From: Alphaproteobacteria bacterium
GTDB lineage: Bacteria > Pseudomonadota > Alphaproteobacteria > UBA828
DNA: 64,000 nucleotides
NCBI GenBank assembly: GCA_963422645.2
Contig: CAXXVO010000004.1
Coordinates: forward strand, 384,001-448,000
Direction: 5' to 3'
The first letter of the stretch is position 1. Every line of letters begins with the position of its first letter. Below, piece by piece: positions 1 to 10,003 of the stretch. The notes under the pieces are model-generated. The model had not been told where the DNA came from and ran no database searches. It saw nothing but the letters and a program-made list of their open reading frames with translations. The translations under genes were made by a program, and so were the position numbers.

Positions 1-1
1 G

Positions 2-115
2 GCCTTGGGCCTCGCCGACCGAGGCGGTGTCGTCCGCGCCAGCATGGTCCACTACAACACGGTGGACGAGGTCCAACGCCTGATCCGCGCCCTCGACGAC
101 GCCATTTCCGGCTAG
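2..115 (+). CDS. 3' end of class V aminotransferase / cysteine desulfurase-like protein (partial)
   Basis: Frame 2 reads ...GVVRASMVHYNTVDEVQRLIRAL...*, the typical class V C-terminal motif; runs off the window start. Confidence 0.75.
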   Translation, partial: ALGLADRGGVVRASMVHYNTVDEVQRLIRALDDAISG

Positions 116-237
116 CACTTCGTCGCTCACGACGGCCGCGCGCGCGATCCCGCACGCGCGGCGCGACCTTGAACCTCGAGCCGGTATGACGCACCCTTCA
201 GGAACTCCAGTTCAGTTCCGACAGGAGGGACGCGGGC

Positions 238-1092
238 ATGGGGATCGTGACGGACGTCGTACTGCCGATTGCCCTCGCGTTCATCATGCTCTCGCTCGGG
301 CTCGGGCTCACCGTCGGCGACTTCGCCCGGGTCGCGAAGCAGCCGCGCGACTTCCTCGTGGGCGCCGTGGCGCAGGTGGTGCTCCTGCCGGCGGTGGCCT
401 TCGGCCTCGTCAGCATTTGGCCGCTCGCGCCCGAGCTCGCGCTCGGGGTCATGATCATCGCCGCCGCACCCGGCGGGGTGACCTCCAATCTGCTCACCGC
501 CTTCGGACGCGGCGACGTGGCGCTCTCCATCTCGCTCACCGCCGTCGTCAGTCTGCTCAGCGTCGTCACGATCCCCTTCATCGTCGTGTTCAGCTACGCC
601 AGTCTCGTAGGCGGCGACGCGGGCGACATCTCCGTCATCGAAACCGCGCTCGGCGTCTTCATGATCGTCACTTTGCCCGTGCTGATCGGACTCGCGGTCC
701 GCCGCTGGGCCGAAGGCTTCGCCACGCGGGCCCACCACACCGCGCGCAGGATCTCGGCGCTGCTCTTCGTGCTGGTGCTGGCCGCCGCCATCTACCAGGA
801 GCACGAGAACGCGCTCGAGTACATGGGCCAGGCCGGGCCCGTGACGGCGGTATTGAACGTGGTGATGATGGCCCTGGCCTACCTGCTCGCGCGGTTCCTG
901 GCGACCGGTCCGCGCCAGCGCATTTCCATCTCCATCGAATGCGGGGTGCAGAACGGCACGCTCGCCATCGCCGTGGCGACGCTTCTCTTCGGCGGCGGGC
1001 TTACCGTCGTGCCGGCGGCCACCTACAGCCTGATCATGTTCGGGAGCGCACTCATCTTCATCGCCTTGCCCAGGCGCGGCACTGCGCCTTAG
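238..1092 (+). CDS. Bile acid:sodium symporter (BASS) family transporter
   Basis: Hydrophobic 284 aa with PGGVTSN, GDVALS and ECGVQN motifs; GGAGG upstream. Confidence 0.9.
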   Translation: MGIVTDVVLPIALAFIMLSLGLGLTVGDFARVAKQPRDFLVGAVAQVVLLPAVAFGLVSIWPLAPELALGVMIIAAAPGGVTSNLLTAFGRGDVALSISLTAVVSLLSVVTIPFIVVFSYASLVGGDAGDISVIETALGVFMIVTLPVLIGLAVRRWAEGFATRAHHTARRISALLFVLVLAAAIYQEHENALEYMGQAGPVTAVLNVVMMALAYLLARFLATGPRQRISISIECGVQNGTLAIAVATLLFGGGLTVVPAATYSLIMFGSALIFIALPRRGTAP

Positions 1093-1721
1093 AGCTTGCG
1101 CGCCTGGGCGATGGGGAGGTCGGAGATCCGGGCGTACTCGCCAGTCTTGAGCATGGTCGGATCGTTCAGGTAATCCAGCACCAGATCGGTCGTATCGAGG
1201 CCCCAGAAGACCTCGTCACCGATGACGAAGGTGGGGATCCCGAAGACTCCGCGTTCTGCGGCCTCCTCGGTGCCCCGTCTCAGCGCCTCCTTGACTTGCG
1301 GCGCCGCGATCATCTCGTCGGCGTTGGCGATGCCGAGACGCCCGGTCAGCCCCTGCCACTCCTCGTCTTGGGAGAGGTCGCGCCCCTCGGCCCATATGGC
1401 ATCGAACAGCGCGCGTATCAGCGCAGGCTCGGCGCCCTGGGCGACTGCAAGGCGGAGCGGGCGGAGCGGGTTGAAGGGGTGCGCCGGCGGCATGCGAAAG
1501 GGGATGCCGTGGCGCGCCGCGTACCAGTGGCACCAGCGGTAGGTCTGCACGCGCTTGGCCGGAATCTCCGCAGGCCCCTTGTGCTCCCAATGGGCTAGGA
1601 GCCCTGCGAACAGCACCGGCCGGTAGGTCACCTCCAGGTCCGGCGGCAGGCGGTCGAATTCAGCGAGTTGCAGATAGGAATAGGGAGAGAGAAAATCGAA
1701 GTACCAGTCTGCGGCCGGCAT
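1089..1721 (-). CDS. 2-hydroxychromene-2-carboxylate isomerase / DsbA (GST-kappa) family protein
   Basis: YFDFLSPYSYL N-terminal motif, GVFGIPTF, FWGLD. Confidence 0.88.
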   Translation of the reverse strand: MPAADWYFDFLSPYSYLQLAEFDRLPPDLEVTYRPVLFAGLLAHWEHKGPAEIPAKRVQTYRWCHWYAARHGIPFRMPPAHPFNPLRPLRLAVAQGAEPALIRALFDAIWAEGRDLSQDEEWQGLTGRLGIANADEMIAAPQVKEALRRGTEEAAERGVFGIPTFVIGDEVFWGLDTTDLVLDYLNDPTMLKTGEYARISDLPIAQARKL

Positions 1722-2151
1722 CGGCCCGTCCTTTGCGCTCAGGTATGGCGATTGCCGGCCGATTGTGCCCGGTTTGGCCCGGCCGCGCGAGGACGAGCGG
1801 TGGGCTTGCGAGCAGAAGCGGCGGAGGGACCATGAGCGAGACGGAGCGCGATGCGCGGATCGACCTGGCGGCGGCCTACCGGATTGCCTGCCACCACGGG
1901 CTCAACGAGGGTGTCTGCAACCACTTCTCCCTCATGCTGCCGGGGAGCGACGATCGCTTTCTGTTGATCGCCTACGGCACCCATTGGAGCGAGGTGCGCG
2001 CCAGCACGCTCCTGGTCGTCGACATGGACGGCCGCGTGATCGAGGGCGAGGGCGACGTGGAAGAGACCGCCATCTGTCTTCACGCTCCTCTTCACAAAGC
2101 GCGGCCGGACCTGCGCTGCCTGATGCACACCCATCAGCCCCAGGTGCTGGC

Positions 2152-4625
2152 CAATGGCATTCATTTGGCGCGAAGATTGTTCCGGGGTTTTTTTGGTGGT
2201 GTCGTAACGAGTTGATTTCTTGTGTGGATTGTCGGTCTCGGCGTTTCCCGCACGAGGGGGATTGACCGGCGGCGTGTGCTTTGGCACACTGTGGCTGTCC
2301 CCCTGTCAGTGGAGCCGGCCCATGGACCCCCGCATCACCGCGCTGAAGTCGACGACCTTTTTCGGCAGACGTCTGACCCGCCGGCAGATTGCCGACATCC
2401 AGGAGACGGTGGCGCTGTTTCCGGCGATCAGCCGCAACGAGCTCGGGCACACGATCTGCGAGCATTTGAACTGGCGCGCGCCGAGCGGGCGGAACCGTGT
2501 CGCGGTCTGCCTGCGGATGCTGGAGGAGTTGGAGCGGCTGGGCATCCTGACCCTGCCGGCGCGGGACGAGGCGCAGGTGCGGGGGCCGCAGGAGGCGATG
2601 GCCCGGAGCGAGCGGACGGCGCCGGCCGCGGCGATCGCGGAGGACCTGGCCGCGCTGATGCCGCTGCGCCTGTCGATTGCGGCGGGCAAGGAGGAGGGCG
2701 GGCTGTGGAACGAGTTCGTCGCGCGCCACCACTATCTCGGGCTGCATCGTCTGGTCGGCGCGCATCTGCGCTATTTTCTCCTGGACCGCCACGGGCGGCC
2801 TCTGGGCTGCCTTCTGTTTGCCCGGGCGTCGCGCACGCTGCCCTGCCGCGACGAGTGGATCGGGTGGCCGGCGGAAGGCTTCCGCAAGCACCTCGATCTG
2901 GTCGTGGGTCACACGCGTTTCCTGATCTTTCCCTGGGTCCGGGTCGACAACCTGGCGTCGAAAGCGCTGTCGATGGCGCTGCGCCAGCTGCCCGGCGACT
3001 GGGAGGCGCGCTTCGGAGCGCGCCCGGTTCTGGTGGAGACCTTCGTGGACCCCAGCCTCTTCGACGGCGCCTGCTACCGCGCGGCCAACTGGCGCTGTCT
3101 CGGCGAGACCGGGGGCGGCAAGGGCAAGACCCGCAAAAGCGTCTACGTCTACCCGCTGACGCCGGACTTCCGCTCGATCCTGCTCGAAGGCCCGCGGCCG
3201 GCGCGGCGCGGGAACAGGACACGGCCGGCAGCGCTGGCGCCGGACGATCCCTTCGTGGCGCTGTGGCAGGACCTGATCGGCGCACTGGCGGCGGTGGCCG
3301 CCGATCACGACCGGGTGTGGCAGAGCCGCCGGCGGGTCCTCGACACCCTTCTCGTCATGCTCTTCATCTTCCGGCTGGCGTTCTCGAACGGCCGCGCGGG
3401 CTACGCCACGACGCTGGCCGGGCTGTGGGAGCAGTGCCGGGTCCTGGGCGTCGCACTGCCGCAGCCGGCGCCGGTCTCGGCCTCGGCGATGTGCATGGCG
3501 CGGGCCAAGGTCGACGAGGCGGTGTTCAAGACGCTGCACGCCGAGATCCTCAAGCGCGCCGACGGCCCGGCCTGGAAGGGCCACCGCGTGTTCGCGGTCG
3601 ACGGCTCCAAGCTCAACCTGCCGCGGCCGCTGCTCAAGGCCGGCTACCGCACGCCCTCCGAGGCGGCCCACTACCCGCAGGGCCTGCTGAGTTGCCTCTA
3701 CCGGCTGCACGCGAACATCCCGGTGGACTTCGACCTGGTCGCGCACGGCGACGAAAGAAGGGCCGCCCTCGCCCACCTCAAGGCGCTCTCGGCCAACGAC
3801 ATCGTGGTCTATGACCGCGGCTACTACTCTTGGGAGATGCTGCACGCCCATGTCGCCCGCGGCCTGCACCCCGTGTTCCGGATCAAGAAGAAGGCAGGCG
3901 CCGCCCTCGACGCCTTCATCGCCGACGGCCGCACGGACGCGCCGATCACCGTCGCTCCCGGAAAGGACACCCTGAGAAAGCTGCGCCGCAAGACGCCGCA
4001 CGTCGACGCCACCCCGCTGCGCCTGCGACTGGTCCGCTACCGCATCGGCAGCACGGTCTTCATCCTCGCCACCACCCTCCTCGACCCCAAGGCCTGGAGC
4101 GTCGCGGAACTGGCCGAGCTCTATCACGCGCGCTGGGGAATCGAGGAACTCTACAAGACCTCGAAACAGGCCATGGCCGTCGAGGCCTTCCACAGCCAGA
4201 CCGAGCGCGGCGTCCGCCAGGAGCTCTTCGCCCACTTCAACCTCATCGCCATGACCCGGCTCTTCACCAACCGCAGCAACGCAAGCCTCGACGCCGAGCG
4301 CCCTGCCGACGGCAAGCCGGCGATGAAAGCCAACTTCAGCAACGGCCTCGCCACCGTCGCGCGCAACCTCGAAGCGCTGCTGCTGCGCCATACGGCGATG
4401 GTCGCCGAAACTCTCAGCCATGTCCTCTCCTGCATCAACCAGGCGCGTCAGCGCCCGCGCCCCGGCCGGTCCTGCGAACGCAGGTCGCGCAAACCCCGCG
4501 GCAAGTGGGCACGCGCAAAGCGGGCCGTCGCCTGAACACCTGAACGACAGAAACGCACGCAACCGACAGCGCAAGAACACGACTCCTTAAGTGAACAGTC
4601 GAAAACCGCTAAGTGAATGCCATTG
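2152..4625 (+). mobile_element. IS4-family insertion sequence, 2474 bp, carrying a DUF4338-transposase fusion
   Basis: 19-bp imperfect TIRs CAATGGCATTCATTTGGCG / CGCTAAGTGAATGCCATTG; 10-bp target duplication AGGTGCTGGC at 2142-2151 and 4626-4635. Confidence 0.93.
2322..4535 (+). CDS. DUF4338 (Druantia DruA-like) domain fused to IS4-family DDE transposase
   Basis: N-half: WNEFVARHHYLG, RFLIFPWV, NLASKAL, ETFVD, GACYRAANW. C-half: AVDGS, YDRGY, YHARWGIEELYKTSK (YREK motif). Confidence 0.88.
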   Translation: MDPRITALKSTTFFGRRLTRRQIADIQETVALFPAISRNELGHTICEHLNWRAPSGRNRVAVCLRMLEELERLGILTLPARDEAQVRGPQEAMARSERTAPAAAIAEDLAALMPLRLSIAAGKEEGGLWNEFVARHHYLGLHRLVGAHLRYFLLDRHGRPLGCLLFARASRTLPCRDEWIGWPAEGFRKHLDLVVGHTRFLIFPWVRVDNLASKALSMALRQLPGDWEARFGARPVLVETFVDPSLFDGACYRAANWRCLGETGGGKGKTRKSVYVYPLTPDFRSILLEGPRPARRGNRTRPAALAPDDPFVALWQDLIGALAAVAADHDRVWQSRRRVLDTLLVMLFIFRLAFSNGRAGYATTLAGLWEQCRVLGVALPQPAPVSASAMCMARAKVDEAVFKTLHAEILKRADGPAWKGHRVFAVDGSKLNLPRPLLKAGYRTPSEAAHYPQGLLSCLYRLHANIPVDFDLVAHGDERRAALAHLKALSANDIVVYDRGYYSWEMLHAHVARGLHPVFRIKKKAGAALDAFIADGRTDAPITVAPGKDTLRKLRRKTPHVDATPLRLRLVRYRIGSTVFILATTLLDPKAWSVAELAELYHARWGIEELYKTSKQAMAVEAFHSQTERGVRQELFAHFNLIAMTRLFTNRSNASLDAERPADGKPAMKANFSNGLATVARNLEALLLRHTAMVAETLSHVLSCINQARQRPRPGRSCERRSRKPRGKWARAKRAVA

Positions 4626-5129
4626 AGGTGCTGGCGCTCGCCATGGTCGAGGACGGCAAGCTGGAGCCGGCTAGCCAGAACGCGCTCCGCTTCAGCCATC
4701 GCATCGCCTACGACCGGGACTACGGCGGCGTCGCCCTGGCCGAGAGCGAAGGCGGGCGCGTAGCGCGCGCGATGGACGGCGCCGACATCCTCTTCATGGG
4801 CAATCACGGCGTGATGGTGGGGGGCGGCGACGTCGCCAAGGCCTATGACGACCTCTACTACCTGGAGCGCGCGGCGATGGTTCAGATCCTCGCCATGAGC
4901 ACCGGCCGCCCGCTCAAGCCGATCCCGCGCGAGATGGAGGAGGAAGCCGTGCGTCAATTGTCGCGGGACAACAGGCACCGCTACGCGGTCGAGCACTTCA
5001 CGGCGATCAAGCGGATTCTCGACCGCACCGAGCCCGACTATCGGGACTAGGCGCGCGGCGGGTGGGCTCGCCGTGCTGAACCCGATCGGGAACGAACGCG
5101 AGGCACAATGGCTGATCTAGAGATTTCCG

Positions 5130-7017
5130 GTAACTGCCCAGGTTCTTGCTGTGAAAATTCTCTGGGATTCGGCACAACGCTACCCACGCGACGCCCGTGT
5201 GCTCCTCTGGGGTCGCCGGGTTTCACAGCTCACGATGCCCCTCTTGCGGACTGCGACCGGTAAGCTACCCCGATGTGGCCCGAAGTCCGCCCGCGCGACG
5301 GGCACCGATTTTCATTCTATGGGGTGGTCCAGCACGGCGTCGACCATGATCGTTTATGAGAATGGCTCCGCTGTTGGAGAACCCGTGCCAGGTGAGCTTA
5401 CGCGCACTTGACGGTGGCGATGAGCCGATCCGATGGGCTGGTCAGGGCTTCGATGATATTCCAGCCCTGCTTTCTGGCGGTGGTGATGACGCTGCGCAGG
5501 ATGGCGAAGTTCTCGGCCCCCTGCGCGGACCGGAAGCCCCCGGAGATCTTCTGGCGCAGCTTCATCATCCGAAGGTCGCGCTCGGCCTCGTTGTTCGTGA
5601 ACCCGACCTCGAGGTCGATCAGGAACCGGAGCACCGCGCATTTGTGGTCGCGCAGCCTCAAGGCCAGATTGTGACCGATCCTTCGCTTCCGGCGCTTCTT
5701 CCTCTTGCCAGGCGAGAACGGTGGTTGGCTCTCGTGAAAGGCCAGCGCATCGGCGATGATCTCGTCGTATCGGCGCTCGATCAGCGCCACAAGCCTCGCC
5801 GGAACGGCGATATCCTTGTCCAGCGCGATGCGGGCGGCGCGATTGGCTCGGCGCAGGAGCTGCTGCATCCGCCGGGCCCAAGCCTCCCCTTCGATGTCCA
5901 CCAGCGCCTGCAACTCCCGCAGGTGATGGGCGTTGCACAGGCCGTGCTCCACCCCTTCCATCGCGAAGTACGGCTTCCAGTGATCGTGCACGACGATGCC
6001 GGAGACACCCGAGAGCAGGGCGCCGCGCTTGCCGCTGACCCGGTACGCCGCCAGCAGCGGCGTGCAGATCACATGAAGCCACTGCGTCTGACCGCCGATC
6101 CGCAAGCCGGTCTCGTCCATGTGTTTCACCCGCGCCGTGCCCGCCGCCAGGTCCTGTATGTGCAAGGCCGCGTCCCGCAGCCGCTCGGCCGCCCTCTCGC
6201 TCATCGTCGCCAACGTCGCAGCCGTCACCGGCGCGCCGAAGAGCTCGGCCATCACCTGCGACAGCCGATCCTCCGGCAGGAAGTGAGCGTGCTGAAGGTA
6301 GACCGCCACCCCGGCAATGCGCGGGCCGTACTGCACCGGCGCCGACACCCCGTCGGGGAACGCCGCCCGGGTCACCGTCCCGCAATGCCCGCAGCACTTG
6401 GCATGCGCCCGGTGCTCGGTCACCTCCAGGGGGCTCGGCTCGGGCAGATCGAACACCTGGCGGGCGACGGGCGTTCCCGCCCTGGCCGCGTCCGAAAGCG
6501 GCGAACCGCATCCCTTGCAGGAAGCCGGGACGTGATCCTTCACCCGATCCGGGTGATCGGCGCGGCGCAGCGTCTTGCCCTTGTGGCCGGGCTGGCCACC
6601 GGGCTTGCGGCCCGATTTGCCGCGCAGGCTTCGGGTTCGCCGCTTCGAATTCGGCTTCCTCAGCCCATCGCTCGAAGGCGGCTTGCCGCTGTTGCCGCTG
6701 TTGAGGCCGAGACGGCGCTCCAACTCCTCGATGCGCTCGACGAGACGCGCGACTTGCTCTTCCAGCCGCGCGTTCTGCTGCCGAAGCCAGGCATTTTCCT
6801 CCCGAAGCCGGGCGTTCTCCTCCTCCAGGCGGGCGATCTTCTGCGCGGGCGTTTCGGGCGCTGCTCCCGTCGAAGGGCCGCGCGGCGACTCGGGATTGCT
6901 CATGTCGTTGTTGAGTCATTTCCCGAAATTCCCGTCAAGCCCTTTCCACCAACTCCGAACGAGAAACGCCTCAATCCACTGGCCCAAAATGACAAATCAG
7001 ACGACCTGGGCAGTTAC
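5130..7017 (-). mobile_element. IS66-family (single-ORF, ISBst12-like) element, copy 1, 1888 bp
   Basis: TIRs GTAACTGCCCAGGT; 8-bp target duplication GATTTCCG at 5122-5129 and 7018-7025. Confidence 0.95.
5398..6903 (-). CDS. IS66-family transposase (intact)
   Basis: Coiled coil, NSGKPPSSD, GGQPGHKG, Zn-finger, DETG, CNAHHLREL, TNNEAERDLR. Confidence 0.95.
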   Translation of the reverse strand: MSNPESPRGPSTGAAPETPAQKIARLEEENARLREENAWLRQQNARLEEQVARLVERIEELERRLGLNSGNSGKPPSSDGLRKPNSKRRTRSLRGKSGRKPGGQPGHKGKTLRRADHPDRVKDHVPASCKGCGSPLSDAARAGTPVARQVFDLPEPSPLEVTEHRAHAKCCGHCGTVTRAAFPDGVSAPVQYGPRIAGVAVYLQHAHFLPEDRLSQVMAELFGAPVTAATLATMSERAAERLRDAALHIQDLAAGTARVKHMDETGLRIGGQTQWLHVICTPLLAAYRVSGKRGALLSGVSGIVVHDHWKPYFAMEGVEHGLCNAHHLRELQALVDIEGEAWARRMQQLLRRANRAARIALDKDIAVPARLVALIERRYDEIIADALAFHESQPPFSPGKRKKRRKRRIGHNLALRLRDHKCAVLRFLIDLEVGFTNNEAERDLRMMKLRQKISGGFRSAQGAENFAILRSVITTARKQGWNIIEALTSPSDRLIATVKCA

Positions 7018-7322
7018 GATTTCCGACTCTATCAACGAGACCTGCCCCTGGTCGGGGGAGCCGGTCCAAGCCGACTCCCTGACCGAGTTCAACGGCAACG
7101 TCGTCGGCTTCTGCAATCCCGGCTGCCGCGACAAGTTCGACGCCGCGCTCCGCCACTTCGAGACGGCGAAGGCGTCGAGAGGGGCGCCGCGCTCGTCTCG
7201 CTGAGCGCTTGCGGCACCACCCGGCGCCACACTTGCGCAACCGGGCTCCCCGCCGCCGATCAGAGTGGCGGGCCGCGGTCGCGGCCTGTCGCGAGTCCGT
7301 CAATAGCGGCCTCGCTCTAACC

Positions 7323-8006
7323 TTACTCCCTACCGCGGTAGCCGGTGGCGAGCACGTAGCTCTCGGCGGAGTCTGAGCGGCTCGCCGGCGGCTTGGCGTT
7401 GCGCACCCGCGCGAAGGCCTGGCGCAGTCGCACCTGAAGCGCGCCGTCGCCCCCTTGCCGCAGCTTGGCGAGGAAGCATCCGCCCGGAGTGAGCAGCGGC
7501 TCTGCGATATCGAGCGCGGTCTCGCAGAGTGCCGAGACCCGCAGCCGGTCGGTCGCCGCGTGGCCGGTGGTCGGCGCCGCCATGTCGCTCATCACCAGGT
7601 TCGCCGGCCCGCCGAGCGCGGAGCGAATTTCCTCGAGCGCGTCCGCGCCGCAGGCATCGATTGTGAGAACGGTGACGCCCTCGATCGGCTCGATTTCCGT
7701 GGTGTCGACCGCGACCACGCGGCCGCCCTTGCCCACCCGCTGGGCCGCCACCTGGCTCCAGCCACCGGGTGCTGCGCCGAGATCGACCACCCGTTGCCCC
7801 GGCTTCAGGATGTCCGCGCCCTCGGCGAGGCCGATCAGCTTGTAGGCAGCGCGGGAGCGGTAGCCGGCCTCCCGCGCCGCACGGACGTAAGGGTCGTTGA
7901 GCTGGCGTTCGAGCCAGCGGGTGGACGACGCCTTGCGCCGTCGCGCGCGCTTGAGCTTGACCGGCGCGCGGCGCCTTTGCGGACTGCCTTCGTCGCGGGC
8001 GCTCAT
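7323..8006 (-). CDS. rlmE: 23S rRNA Um2552 methyltransferase RlmE/FtsJ
   Basis: WLERQLNDPYV, GYRSRAAYKL, DLGAAPGGWSQ, SDMA, KPPASR. Confidence 0.95.
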   Translation of the reverse strand: MSARDEGSPQRRRAPVKLKRARRRKASSTRWLERQLNDPYVRAAREAGYRSRAAYKLIGLAEGADILKPGQRVVDLGAAPGGWSQVAAQRVGKGGRVVAVDTTEIEPIEGVTVLTIDACGADALEEIRSALGGPANLVMSDMAAPTTGHAATDRLRVSALCETALDIAEPLLTPGGCFLAKLRQGGDGALQVRLRQAFARVRNAKPPASRSDSAESYVLATGYRGRE

Positions 8007-8998
8007 GTGCGCGCTTCCTGTCTCTGATTGGCACGGGCCGCTCGCATCATGCGCAGCAGCATCCCCTCGCGGAGCCCCCGATCGGCGACATCCAGCCGCC
8101 CCGCCGGGCAGGCGGCCATGACCGCATCCAGGATAGCGCATCCGGCGATCATCACGTCGCCCCGCCCGGGGCCGATGCAGGGCTGCGCCGCACGGGCCTC
8201 GTAGTCCTGATCGATGACCGTGTCGATCACCGCCCGAACGTCGTCGAACTCCAGCCTGAGGCCGTCTACCCGGTCCCGGTCATAGCGCGGCAGCCCGAGG
8301 TGGATGCCGGCGATGGTGGTGACGGTGCCGGATGTGCCGAGGAGCTGGACCGTGCCGGCGGCCGCTGCAGCAGAGATGTCATGAGGCTGCGCGAAGGAGC
8401 CGATCGCGGCCCCGATCTCGGCGACCATCGCGGCGTAGGACGCGCGAGCGACGCGGTCTCCGCCGTAGCGCTCCGCCAGCGTCACCACTCCGTGGCCGAC
8501 CGAGGTCCACGCTGCGAGCGCGGGCGGCTGGCCGTCATCGAGGCGGACCCAGATGAGCTCAGTGCTGCCGCCGCCGATATCGAGCAGCAGCACGTGCCGC
8601 ATCGTCCGGTCGAAGAGGGGCATGCAGCCGTCGAGGGCAAGCTGCACCTCCTCGGCCGGCGAGATGATCTCGATGGAGAGCCCGGTCTCCTGGTTGACGC
8701 GATCGATGAACGCCTGGCGGTTCTCGGCGCGCCGGCAGGCTTCGGTCGCCACCGCGCGGTAACTGCCGACGCTGCCCCGTCTCAACTTGCCTGCGCAGAC
8801 CCTGAGCGCGCTTATGGTCCGCTCGACTGCCTGCTCCGAGAGCCGGCCCGATTGCGCCACACCTTCGCCGAGCCGCACGATGCGGGAGAAGGCATCGACG
8901 ACACGAAAGCCCGCGCCCCTCGGCCGCGCGACGAGCAGCCGGCAGTTGTTCGTGCCGAGGTCGAGCGCGCCAAATGATGGGCCGGGCCGATCGCTCAC
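8003..8998 (-). CDS. Ppx/GppA family phosphatase
   Basis: ALDLGTNNCRLL, VATEACR, DIGGGSTE, DRGLREG; typical position upstream of rlmE. Confidence 0.93.
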   Translation of the reverse strand: MSDRPGPSFGALDLGTNNCRLLVARPRGAGFRVVDAFSRIVRLGEGVAQSGRLSEQAVERTISALRVCAGKLRRGSVGSYRAVATEACRRAENRQAFIDRVNQETGLSIEIISPAEEVQLALDGCMPLFDRTMRHVLLLDIGGGSTELIWVRLDDGQPPALAAWTSVGHGVVTLAERYGGDRVARASYAAMVAEIGAAIGSFAQPHDISAAAAAGTVQLLGTSGTVTTIAGIHLGLPRYDRDRVDGLRLEFDDVRAVIDTVIDQDYEARAAQPCIGPGRGDVMIAGCAILDAVMAACPAGRLDVADRGLREGMLLRMMRAARANQRQEART

Positions 8999-9342
8999 TG
9001 TGCCTGCTCCGATTGCCGGGGCGCCCGCTCCCCGGCGCCGGCTCGGGCCGCATTACAGCGCGTGCGCTCCCGCCTGGCAACGCGCGGAGGGGCCGGCAGG
9101 GGAAGGAAGGCCGTCGCCCGGCGCGCACGCTCGGCTCCCGCGGCCTGCAACTCCCGGTTGCTCTGAGTCGCGTGCGTCGAGTGCCGGGTCAAGAACTTTC
9201 CGGAGCCCGCGAGTTGATCGTCCCCGGAGCGATGCGTATCGTGAAACGACAGATTAGCAAGACCGCAACGCAGCATCCCTTCGTCTTGTCCATCGACGAG
9301 ACTCGAGAGAGCGGGTGCCCGCGCATGGGAGGAGGAGCGAAG

Positions 9343-9723
9343 ATGCTCGACTATGCACACCTTAAAGACGAGGGCGGCCTCGAGCCGTGGCCGCCGCTGA
9401 ACGATCTGCCGTTCGCAGAGGTGCTCGAGGGAAGCCCGGAGCATTCGGGGCGTTTCGATCTCGGCGGTTTCGGCACGCGGACGATGGCGGGTATCTGGCA
9501 ATGCACGCCGGGCAAGTTCGCCTACACCTATCCGGGCGACGAGATTTGCACGTTGCTGGCCGGCAAGATACGGGTGACCGAGCAGGACGGCACGGCCCAC
9601 ACCTATAGCGCCGGCGATATCTTCTACACGTCGAAGGGCGAGCAGGTGACCTGGGAAGTCCTGGAGACTGTGCGCAAGGTCTTCTTCATTCACGACCCCG
9701 AGGCCGAGCAGCTCGCAGCGTGA
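9343..9723 (+). CDS. Cupin-domain protein (DUF861/EutQ-like)
   Basis: GIWQCTPG, DEICTLLAG, WEVLETVRK; RBS GGAGGAG. Confidence 0.85.
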   Translation: MLDYAHLKDEGGLEPWPPLNDLPFAEVLEGSPEHSGRFDLGGFGTRTMAGIWQCTPGKFAYTYPGDEICTLLAGKIRVTEQDGTAHTYSAGDIFYTSKGEQVTWEVLETVRKVFFIHDPEAEQLAA

Positions 9724-9879
9724 GCGGCGGCTTCTCGACCGGGTGGAGACGCGCCTCGCGCACGTTGTCGGCCGAATAGTGCCGTGCTGGCCTCGGCCTG
9801 GCGAGACGTCCGGGCGAGAACCGCGCGACGATCGGTTGACACGGCCGCCCCATGCCATAATTGTCGGGCGTAGCACTGC

Positions 9880-9953
9880 TGGGGGATAGTCTAACGGTAG
9901 GACAGCGGACTCTGACTCCGTAGGTCCAGGTTCGAATCCTGGTCCCCCAGCCA
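9880..9953 (+). tRNA. tRNA-Gln (anticodon CTG)
   Basis: Cloverleaf with anticodon arm GCGGA-CT-CTG-AC-TCCGT, T-loop GGTTCGAATCC, encoded CCA end. Confidence 0.96.
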
Positions 9954-9960
9954 TCTCTTC

Positions 9961-9987
9961 CGCCCGGCCCGGCCGGGCGATTTGATT
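9961..9987. terminator. Hairpin between tRNA and convergent gene
   Basis: CGCCCGGCC-C-GGCCGGGCG followed by ATTTGATT. Confidence 0.45.
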
Positions 9988-10003
9988 CCGCGAGGCCCGG
10001 CGC

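Larger units (their letters stand above)
1832..5050 (+). pseudogene. Class II aldolase/adducin family gene split by IS4-family insertion (5' part 1832-2151, 3' part 4636-5050)
   Basis: NHFS, HTH and GNHGV motifs; removing 2152-4635 restores the frame HQPQVL-ALAMVED. Confidence 0.92.
5108..7204 (+). pseudogene. Small YHS-like Cys-motif protein (~66 aa) split by IS66
   Basis: Removing the IS restores MADLEISDSINETCPWSGEPV...VGFCNPGCRDKF. Confidence 0.75.

Noticed and set aside
4581-4600. Second TAAGTGAA motif inside the IS4 right end
   Set aside because: Only 8 bp; could be a subterminal binding site but is too short to support
9836-9861. Sigma70 promoter TTGACA...CATAAT before tRNA-Gln
   Set aside because: Spacer is only 14 bp; the -35 is plausible but the -10 cannot be fixed
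9880-9953. tRNA-Gln as an island integration site
   Set aside because: No adjacent integrase and no duplicated tRNA 3' end noticed in the window
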